Positions 1-7,943 of a stretch of 64,000 nucleotides of DNA are shown here, piece after piece. Position 1 is the first letter of the stretch. Each line of letters begins with the position of its first letter. The notes beneath the pieces are model-generated. The model was given only the letters and a program-made list of their open reading frames with translations. It was not told the DNA's origin and searched no databases. The translations under genes were made by a program, and so were the position numbers. The stretch is from Vampirovibrionales bacterium (GTDB taxonomy: Bacteria; Cyanobacteriota; Vampirovibrionia; Vampirovibrionales; Vampirovibrionaceae). The DNA lies in the NCBI GenBank assembly GCA_029262635.1, contig JAJCZA010000005.1:607371-671370 (forward strand), written 5' to 3'.

Positions 1-529
1 GGGTTTTGGCATCGATAATGGTTCGATCCCGGACCCTGTGTTTAATTTCTTCCGGCGTGAGGTAAAAAAGCTGAATATTCTCTTCGTCATCGGTCGTGGT
101 TACGTCGCTGGCTTCGTGAAGTCCGGTGGCTTTATAGAGCCAGAGCTTTTCGTTGCAAAATCCGGGTGAAGTATAAATATAAGTAAGTTCCTCCCAGTTC
201 TTTGCCTGATAACCGGTTTCTTCAGCCAGCTCTCGTTGAATCGCAAACAACGGTGTTTCGTCGGGCTCCAGTTTACCGGCCGGTAGTTCTAGCAGAGGGT
301 GCCCCAAAGCGTATCGCCATTGCCGGACAAATACGACCCGTCCGTCATTTAGGATGGGCAAAGCAACCACGCCGCCAGGGTGTTTGATAAAGTCTCGTGG
401 CCGAACCTTTCCGTCCGGTAGTTCGGCCTCATCCTGATGGACTGTGACCACCCGACCTTCGTAAACCACTTGGGAGCGAACCGTTTTTTCGGTCAGTGCT
501 AAATCGGAATCAGAATCAAAAGGGTTCAC
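1..529 (-). CDS. NUDIX hydrolase, ADP-ribose pyrophosphatase-like (3' end runs off the window; not in the ORF track)
   Basis: Manual translation of the minus strand gives ...EKTVRSQVVYEGRVVTVHQDEAELPDGKVRPRDFIKHPGGVVALP...LELPAGKLEPDETPLFAIQRELAEETG..., which contains the Nudix box GX5EX7REUXEEXG. Probable GTG start at 529 overlaps the end of the upstream peptidase. Confidence 0.9.
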   Translation of the reverse strand, partial: MNPFDSDSDLALTEKTVRSQVVYEGRVVTVHQDEAELPDGKVRPRDFIKHPGGVVALPILNDGRVVFVRQWRYALGHPLLELPAGKLEPDETPLFAIQRELAEETGYQAKNWEELTYIYTSPGFCNEKLWLYKATGLHEASDVTTTDDEENIQLFYLTPEEIKHRVRDRTIIDAKT

Positions 530-1649
530 GGGCAAAACACTCCAATAAACTGGATACAAACTGACCACACCGGTTCATCTCGCTGACCAATACGCGTTCC
601 CGTAAGCTGTGTGGTTCCATAAAGCTGGCGCCCATGACAATGCCTTTCAGCCCCCGACGCATAAATACGTTGTTATCACTGCCGCCATTGGTTTTGGTGA
701 GCCTGGGTTCAATCTGGACCCGTTCCGCGGATTCCATGACCCGTCGCACACCGAGGCTGGCAGGATCAATATCATAACGATGAAACTCATAATGGTGATT
801 AAAATTGTAATCTACGCCGGGCATGTTGGCTTTTTCATCGTCCAGAATGCGTTGAATGGAAGCCAGTTGTTGATTGAGCATTTCTTCGCTATGACTGCGA
901 AGCTCGCCGCGAATGGTCGCTAAATCCGGTACGACGTTGGTTCCTTTGCCGCCGGTGATAAAGCCGATGTTGGCTGTAGTTTCTTCGTTGATTCGTCCCA
1001 AATTCATTCGGTCAATGACTTTTGAGGCAAAGACAATAGCGTTGACCCCTTTTTCTGGCATAATCCCGGCATGAACGCTCTTGCCCCGGCACTCAATGTT
1101 AAATTCCACATAACTGGGCGCCCGTTGAATAATCGTTCCTTGTCGTCCGGTGTGATCAAACGTCACCGCAAAGTCCGCATCCAGTGTTTTGTCCGTTAGA
1201 TCCTTCGCGCCGCCTAAAAATGTTTCTTCCCGGGTAGTAAAAATCAGGCGGGTTTTCGGGCGAGGCAAATTGTGCTGAATCGACAGACGAATAGCCTCTA
1301 AAATAGGGGCTAATGCCGCTTTGTCATCGGCACCTAAGACGGTGGTGTTATCGCTGACAACCAGTCGTTCGTCACCCTCACCCGAAACCGAGGGCTTAAT
1401 GCCATGGCACGGTGGAACCACGTCCATGTGGCCGGAAAAGACCAGGGTTGACCCATGGGTGCACTGATTGGCCGGTATTTCCACAATTAAATTACCACCC
1501 GAATCTATCGTGGAAGAAAGCCCTAAGTTGTTTACCTGCGATTGGAGCCAAGCACACATGGCTTCTTCTCCCCCGCTAGGGCTATCGATTTTGACCATGG
1601 TTAGAAAGGTATTTAAAATCGTTTCCGAATCTGGACTGATAACCCCCAT
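516..1649 (-). CDS. M20/M25/M40 family metallopeptidase (peptidase T-like)
   Basis: Metal-ligand motifs GHMDVV, LGADDKA, REE and C-terminal PHS. Start moved to ATG 1649, which follows a CAGGAGAG RBS. Confidence 0.85.
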   Translation of the reverse strand: MGVISPDSETILNTFLTMVKIDSPSGGEEAMCAWLQSQVNNLGLSSTIDSGGNLIVEIPANQCTHGSTLVFSGHMDVVPPCHGIKPSVSGEGDERLVVSDNTTVLGADDKAALAPILEAIRLSIQHNLPRPKTRLIFTTREETFLGGAKDLTDKTLDADFAVTFDHTGRQGTIIQRAPSYVEFNIECRGKSVHAGIMPEKGVNAIVFASKVIDRMNLGRINEETTANIGFITGGKGTNVVPDLATIRGELRSHSEEMLNQQLASIQRILDDEKANMPGVDYNFNHHYEFHRYDIDPASLGVRRVMESAERVQIEPRLTKTNGGSDNNVFMRRGLKGIVMGASFMEPHSLRERVLVSEMNRCGQFVSSLLECFAREPF

Positions 1650-1666
1650 GCTCTCTCCTGTTTTCT

Positions 1667-2206
1667 TTATTTTACAGACGGTAACGGATCCAAATAATCC
1701 CATAATAGTTTATCAAATCGAGCGTCGTCCAAAGCATTATGTGCGCCTTCTCCCTGCTGAGGCAAATAGGGTTTGCATTCGCCTTTGATACACTTGCCTT
1801 TCTCCGAGGCAAGCTGATAAAGCTCGTGGTACCACGTTTGTACATGAGCGGGCAGCGTGGCAAACCCGTCAAAGACATGGTTCATAAAGAGGAACCAATC
1901 CTGCGACCCATTTTTAGCCCAGAAAACCGCCATGTCTGATTCTGCCAAAATAAAGGCTTCAACCCCTTTGCGAATGTCAGCCAATGAACGCCGATTCTCC
2001 TTAGAGCCAAGCAAGGGAACCACGTGTTCTAACACCCAGGGGTTTAACAGGGTTTCGTTGAACTCATTGCTTTCGGCATAAAACTCTCGCCCGGTCTCAT
2101 CCACAATGCCAATGCTAATCAACTCATACCGGCCCTTGGGCATGGCGTTGAACTCCATATCCAAAAAATATTTCCGGCCGGCCGGCCGTTTTCCGGTTGT
2201 GCTCAT
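1667..2206 (-). CDS. DEDDh 3'-5' exoribonuclease (Rv2179c/RNase AS-like)
   Basis: Motifs YFLDMEF (ExoI), ELISIGIV, WVLEHVVPLL, QDW (ExoII) and HNALDDAR (ExoIII). Confidence 0.8.
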   Translation of the reverse strand: MSTTGKRPAGRKYFLDMEFNAMPKGRYELISIGIVDETGREFYAESNEFNETLLNPWVLEHVVPLLGSKENRRSLADIRKGVEAFILAESDMAVFWAKNGSQDWFLFMNHVFDGFATLPAHVQTWYHELYQLASEKGKCIKGECKPYLPQQGEGAHNALDDARFDKLLWDYLDPLPSVK

Positions 2207-2214
2207 GGGAGTCC

Positions 2215-2871
2215 TTAAACTTGTGATGCGTAAGTTAATTCTCGCTTAATGTTACCCACTATTCTATCAGCATTTGGAACCAACTTTAAAACAAAAGCAC
2301 GAACCTCAGGATAAGGCGAATCATAAAAACGGGTTAAAATCCCCATGCGTTCGTTATCATCTAACTTTTGGACAAGCGTCGTTCCGGCTTCCTGTGTCTC
2401 CTCATTCTCATCATTTACTTGTACATACCCATCGTTTAGCTGTTTTCGGATCTTCTGGAAATGTTCGGAATAAGGGCTCTTTTTTGCTGCGTTGAGTTCT
2501 GCCCTTAAGGCTTTTAAAGCATCATTATGAGTCGGTTTTATGACCATTTCAGCAATTCGTCGAGCCGCTCCGGGCTTCATCTGGATCCCTTGAGTGGAGG
2601 AGTTAAGCTGGAAAGCAAATCCGTTGGGCGATTCTGATGGCTTTTGGGCTGGCCGATGGTTGGCGATTATTTGAAGACCCAATAAAAATATCAAAAAGTA
2701 CGCCCCTCTCCGGATTGTCTTTAAAATTTTGGGGGGACGGTTTTGAGCCTCCAGGAGGCGCTGTGTTTCAAGTTGAGTAGGCATCTTGGGGGTGTTTTTT
2801 GTACCAAACATAGGCTGAACTTGAGGAAGCTGAGTCCTTGGGGTGAAGGGGGACAATGGTGATGTCTGCAT
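2215..2871 (-). CDS. Hypothetical protein with one transmembrane segment and a P/Q/T-rich N-terminus ending in ...QPMFG
   Basis: 218-aa ORF with a GGAGG RBS and one hydrophobic stretch (AYFLIFLLGLQIIA). No family recognised. Confidence 0.7.
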   Translation of the reverse strand: MQTSPLSPFTPRTQLPQVQPMFGTKNTPKMPTQLETQRLLEAQNRPPKILKTIRRGAYFLIFLLGLQIIANHRPAQKPSESPNGFAFQLNSSTQGIQMKPGAARRIAEMVIKPTHNDALKALRAELNAAKKSPYSEHFQKIRKQLNDGYVQVNDENEETQEAGTTLVQKLDDNERMGILTRFYDSPYPEVRAFVLKLVPNADRIVGNIKRELTYASQV

Positions 2872-2878
2872 CGAATAA

Positions 2879-2927
2879 GCCTCCGAAAGTTAGTGATTAA
2901 TAAGGTAACACAATCAAACCCGGAGGC
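2879..2927 (-). promoter_or_regulatory. 5' leader stem-loop that sequesters the GGAGG Shine-Dalgarno of the 2215-2871 gene
   Basis: On the minus strand GCCTCCGGG pairs with TTCGGAGGC, with an inner TGATT/AATCA stem. The stem ends 7 nt before the ATG. Confidence 0.45.
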
Positions 2928-3068
2928 GTCCTCTAATTGCTTTCTGTTTTCGTCCCTATTTTATTCCTGGCAAAACGAAAGAGAGTAGGCTCATTGTATC
3001 TCTGTCTCTGTCTGTGATAGCCTGGCTTTATATGAACGGCACTCAACGCTTTATTATTGGGTAATTAG

Positions 3069-4022
<954 letters not shown>

Positions 4023-4029
4023 ATTCTAT

Positions 4030-4065
4030 GTCCCTAGGTTCTCGAAAAGTCGAGGACCTAGGGAC
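4030..4065. terminator. 16-bp stem-loop immediately downstream of mdh (terminator or stabilising hairpin)
   Basis: GTCCCTAGGTTCTCGA-AAAG-TCGAGGACCTAGGGAC with one G:U pair, followed by a weak T-rich tail (TATTCCATTTCTTT). Confidence 0.7.
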
Positions 4066-4094
4066 TATTCCATTTCTTTAAGGAGAACTATAGT

Positions 4095-4513
4095 TTGTAT
4101 GAAATAAATTTCAGAGAAAAGTTACTGGATTCTTTTGGTGGAAGCGATTTTATGGGTTTTACATTGATATTAGAGTTAGCGATGTCGATCCACAAATTAA
4201 ACCAACTGAAGAATATAAATTTGCAAAAATAGAATTAACCGGCTCTTTAACCGGCCCTCTCAGACTTGATAAAAGTGCTCAAAATAAAATTGCCTATAAG
4301 TGGCTTCGGGATTACCTTTGGAATAATGGGAATAGTGAGAGAATCGAAAAACTACTTGAGTACGAAAGACAAGGCGAAAGTGCCACTCAAGGTTGGGATT
4401 TGAAATTAGAAATAAAGAGCAACGATAGAAAAACAGTAGAGCAATACGACCTTGATGCGATTATGCTGGATGAACCCATTAAGGTTGAAAGAACCAACAA
4501 AATAGGATTTTGA
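4095..4513 (+). pseudogene. AT-rich orphan gene with an apparent 1-nt frameshift (about 139 aa if repaired, ending ...VERTNKIGF)
   Basis: AAGGAG RBS plus TTG 4095 opens MYEINFREKLLDSFGGSDF. A second frame is open from about 4103 to TGA 4513 with no start codon in its 5' part. One extra T in the T4 run at 4148-4151 joins the two frames. Confidence 0.55.
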
Positions 4514-4523
4514 CTGCTTTTTT

Positions 4524-5573
4524 CTACTTCTGAAAATTCGCCGTTAAACGGCGGTGGGTTTCCTCGATGGGGTGGTGGTAGTCTTTTTCGGTTTGGGTCA
4601 GGATTTGAGGCTTTTTTGTCTCAAATTCCTGTTTCATTTCTTCGGCAAACTGGCCGGACGTAATTTCTGTCAGCACTTGTCGCATGGTTTCTTTCACATG
4701 GCCGTCAATCACTCGTTCACCCCGGCTCACATCCCCAAATAAAGCCGTCGAGCTAATACCATCCCGCATGCCAGAAATGCCTTTTTCATGAAGCAAATCG
4801 GCAATCAGTTTGACCTCGTACATACACTCAAAATAAGCGGCTTCCTGAGAAAATCCGGCTTCTACCAATACTTCGAAGGCGTTTTTAATCAGCGAGGTCA
4901 ATCCACCGCACAGGACGGCTTGTTCGGAAAATAGATCGCATTCGGTTTCCTCTTTAAATGTGGTGGGCAATACCCCGGCTCGTCCGCATCCAATGGCCTT
5001 GGCATACGCCTGAGCAATGGCGTTGGTGTCTCCTGAGGGATCCTGATGAACCGCATACAGACCGGGTACGCCAGAGCCCATCACGTATTTATTACGAACC
5101 CCTTTTCCCTGAGCTTTGGGCGCCACCATGAAGACATTGATTTCCGTGTTGGGCTTGACCCAGCCAGCGTGAATTACCAACCCATGCCCAAATCCAAGAT
5201 ATTGGCCTGATTTTAAATGAGGTGCCACTTCTTCTTCATAGACCCGAGCCATGACTTCATCCGGCAAAAGCATCATAACTACATCCGCCCACCGAACGCC
5301 TTCGGCAATGGACACAACGTGAAAGCCGTCCCTTTCCGCCCGACTTCGATTTTGACTTGTCTCACGAGCACCAATCTGAACCTGCATCCCTGAATCCTTT
5401 AGGTTAAGGGCTTGTGGACATCCCTGATTCCCGTAGCCTAGAATTAAAACCCGCTTTGAACGTAAGGGCTCTAACGATAATTCTGGATCTCGGAGAATCG
5501 GTTTGTGCTTTTGAGGCTCAATGGCGGGCTCTGTGGGTGATGGTTTCGTTTTTTGATTGACTAATGACGTCAT
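4524..5573 (-). CDS. ilvC: Ketol-acid reductoisomerase (class I)
   Basis: Motifs GYGNQG..QALNLKDSG, MLLPDE, FGHG, TTFKEETECDLFSEQAVLCGG and AYFECMYEVKLIADL. Confidence 0.93.
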   Translation of the reverse strand: MTSLVNQKTKPSPTEPAIEPQKHKPILRDPELSLEPLRSKRVLILGYGNQGCPQALNLKDSGMQVQIGARETSQNRSRAERDGFHVVSIAEGVRWADVVMMLLPDEVMARVYEEEVAPHLKSGQYLGFGHGLVIHAGWVKPNTEINVFMVAPKAQGKGVRNKYVMGSGVPGLYAVHQDPSGDTNAIAQAYAKAIGCGRAGVLPTTFKEETECDLFSEQAVLCGGLTSLIKNAFEVLVEAGFSQEAAYFECMYEVKLIADLLHEKGISGMRDGISSTALFGDVSRGERVIDGHVKETMRQVLTEITSGQFAEEMKQEFETKKPQILTQTEKDYHHPIEETHRRLTANFQK

Positions 5574-5669
5574 GGGAATGGCTCCAATACGACTTCAGAC
5601 TTTATCTTCATGCGGTGGTTATGGTAGTTTGGCATAAAAATGAACCCGAATAAAAAGGATCCGTTTCTC

Positions 5670-7190
5670 ATGACCAGCACCCCTTCGTCTCCGTCGTCTA
5701 CCCCGTCTGAAATTGAATCGTCATCCCAATTGGAAAAAATCCGGCAGCAACGGATTGAAAAGGCTCAGCAATGGCGCGAGCTTGGGATTGAACCGTACCC
5801 GTACAAATTTGAAAAAAGCCACAGTAATGCTGAACTTCAGACTAAGTATAGCGTTTTAGAAAACGGGCAGGAAACCGAAGACACGGTTCAGGTAGCCGGG
5901 CGTATTATGGCTATGCGTAATAGCGGTATGTTTATTGACCTTCAGGATCCCAGTGGAAAAATTCAGGTGTTTTGCCATAAAGAAAATTTATCACCGGAAC
6001 AAATGACCCAGGTTAAAATGCTGGACATTGGCGATATGATTGGCGCAACAGGCACTATTCGTCGTACCCCTCGCGGCGAACTTTCCGTTAAGACCCAGGG
6101 GTTTGACATTCTCTCTAAATCCATTTTACCGCTACCCGAAAAATTCCACGGCCTGACCGATACAGAAACCCGTTATCGGCAGCGGTATCTTGATCTCATT
6201 ATGAATGAGGACAGCCGAAACACCCTAAGAACCCGAAGTTTGATTTTATCCAGCATTCGAGAGCTTTTGACCGGAAAAGGGTTTATTGAAGTGGAAACCC
6301 CCATGCTTCAGCTTATTGCCGGTGGAGCGGCGGCAAAGCCCTTTATCACCCACCATAACACGCTGGACATGGATATGTTCCTTCGTATTGCGCCGGAGCT
6401 TTATCTGAAGCGGTTGGTTGTGGGTGGCCTTTCGGAAAAAGTGTTTGAAATGAACCGGAATTTCCGCAACGAAGGGATTTCCCCCCGTCATAACCCGGAA
6501 TTTACCATGATGGAACTGTATCAAGCTTATGCTGATTATCACGACATGATGGATATTACGGAAGAAATCATGATTACTGCCGCCCAAAACGTGTTGGGAA
6601 CGACCAAAATTACCTACGGCGACCATGAAATTGATTTGGCCGGGCCGTGGGAACGAAAATCCATGATGGACGCCGTGAAAGAAAAAACTGGTGTCGACTT
6701 TAACGCCATCGAAACCGACGAAGAAGCCCGCCAGGCGGCTAAAAGTCTGGGCGTGGATACGGAACCCAACGAAAGTTGGGGTTATGTGGTGGAAAAAGTC
6801 TTCGAGGTTAAAATTGAGGATCAACTGATTCAGCCCATCCATATCATTGATTATCCCCGTGACATCTCGCCTTTGGCTAAAGTTCATCGAGATAACCCCC
6901 GTCTTGTCGAGCGTTTTGAGACTCGAATCAATGGCTGGGAAGTTTCCAACGCTTTTTCCGAGCTGAGCGATCCGGTGGATCAGCGGGCGAGGTTTGAAGA
7001 TCAGCTTAAAAACCGAGAAGCCGGTGATGATGAAGCCCATTGCATGGATGAGGACTACGTTCGGGCACTGGAATACGGCATGCCCCCTGCAGGAGGCCTT
7101 GGCATCGGCATCGATCGGCTCGTCATGCTCCTCACCAACTCCCCCAACATCCGTGACGTCATCGCCTTCCCCACCCTAAAGGCTAAATAA
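5670..7190 (+). CDS. lysS: Lysine--tRNA ligase (class II)
   Basis: Motifs RYRQRYLDLI, EVETPML, LRIAPELYLKRLVVGG, FRNEGISPRHNPEFTM and EYGMPPAGGLGIGIDRL. Start is 5670 (after AAAGGA) or 5640. Confidence 0.97.
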   Translation: MTSTPSSPSSTPSEIESSSQLEKIRQQRIEKAQQWRELGIEPYPYKFEKSHSNAELQTKYSVLENGQETEDTVQVAGRIMAMRNSGMFIDLQDPSGKIQVFCHKENLSPEQMTQVKMLDIGDMIGATGTIRRTPRGELSVKTQGFDILSKSILPLPEKFHGLTDTETRYRQRYLDLIMNEDSRNTLRTRSLILSSIRELLTGKGFIEVETPMLQLIAGGAAAKPFITHHNTLDMDMFLRIAPELYLKRLVVGGLSEKVFEMNRNFRNEGISPRHNPEFTMMELYQAYADYHDMMDITEEIMITAAQNVLGTTKITYGDHEIDLAGPWERKSMMDAVKEKTGVDFNAIETDEEARQAAKSLGVDTEPNESWGYVVEKVFEVKIEDQLIQPIHIIDYPRDISPLAKVHRDNPRLVERFETRINGWEVSNAFSELSDPVDQRARFEDQLKNREAGDDEAHCMDEDYVRALEYGMPPAGGLGIGIDRLVMLLTNSPNIRDVIAFPTLKAK

Positions 7191-7267
7191 GTTTTTCATC
7201 CTTTGTGTTAACTTGCCGTAAATAACTTTTATGGCTGAGCTAGGGTTTATTAAATAAAAAAATTCCC

Positions 7268-7307
7268 AAAAAAAAGCCTCTTGCTGCACCAGGCGCACGC
7301 ATAAGGC
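7268..7307 (-). terminator. Rho-independent terminator-like hairpin with T8 tail on the minus strand
   Basis: Minus strand reads GCCTTATGCGTGCGCCTGGTGCAGCAAGAGGC followed by TTTTTTTT. The stem is imperfect. Confidence 0.5.
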
Positions 7308-7484
7308 ACAAAGGATAGAGAGTTAGAGTTTCAATTATTCTACATAGTTAATAGGAATCCGTCTCGATCTTTTTGCGATTGTGACATAATTTTTTACAAA
7401 CTAACGATCCGAAACCCGGATCGGATCACTGTTTTAGCGTATTAAAACCGTGCCAGGTAAGGGATCAGGCGGGTTTTTGTGTTT

Positions 7485-7781
7485 TTAGGCGGCTTGCTTC
7501 AAGGCAGACAGTAGTTGGTCTGCCGACACTTCCTTTAAGTGATCGTTACCGTGGCGTATCCGCTCTAGCGATCGGGAAACGTCGTCAGACAGATCGTACC
7601 AGCGATTATGTGGCGGCAAGACCCACTGATCCTTGGCGACTTCTCCCCAATGAAGATCCATGAATAAGGCAAACTCTTCCAGTACCATTTGTCGAACTTG
7701 CTGTGGCGCTAAACGCAGTAGTTTGAAGGCGAAGGCCAATCGAGGGTACGGATCATACCATCGGCAGGGACGATAACTCAT
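7485..7781 (-). CDS. Small hypothetical protein with two RWYD-containing repeats
   Basis: CRWYDPYPRLAFAFKLLR and NRWYDLSDDVSRSLERIR. Start ATG 7781 follows GAGG; the track start is 7868. Confidence 0.7.
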   Translation of the reverse strand: MSYRPCRWYDPYPRLAFAFKLLRLAPQQVRQMVLEEFALFMDLHWGEVAKDQWVLPPHNRWYDLSDDVSRSLERIRHGNDHLKEVSADQLLSALKQAA

Positions 7782-7943
7782 GGTTTGCCTCGTTTTACTC
7801 TCTACTCTTTGTACTTTAGGTACGGTTGGCTCTTTTAAAACTCTAGTCTCTTTATGCTTTGCGCCCATTCATCGGACAAGCCCCCTTATTATAGTGGTGA
7901 ATTTCAAGAAAGGGAAGAGAAAAGCCGGTGACATGAAGAGACA

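Noticed and set aside
2998-3015. Short (TCTCTG)n-like repeat upstream of mdh
   Set aside because: Only 2-3 imperfect units, compatible with chance.
6246-7040. 264-aa antisense ORF within lysS, and the many other 60-205 aa ORFs overlapping clear genes
   Set aside because: These are shadow ORFs on the opposite strand or alternate frame of well-supported genes, with no recognisable motifs.
7100-7190. C-rich codon usage at the lysS 3' end as a sign of an integration or replaced gene end
   Set aside because: No duplicated 3' end, integrase or att-like repeat seen, and the stretch is too short to judge by eye.
7869-7895. Minus-strand sigma-28 promoter (TCCGATGA) for the RWYD gene
   Set aside because: The -10 is plausible, but the -35 position reads ACTA rather than TAAA/TCAA.
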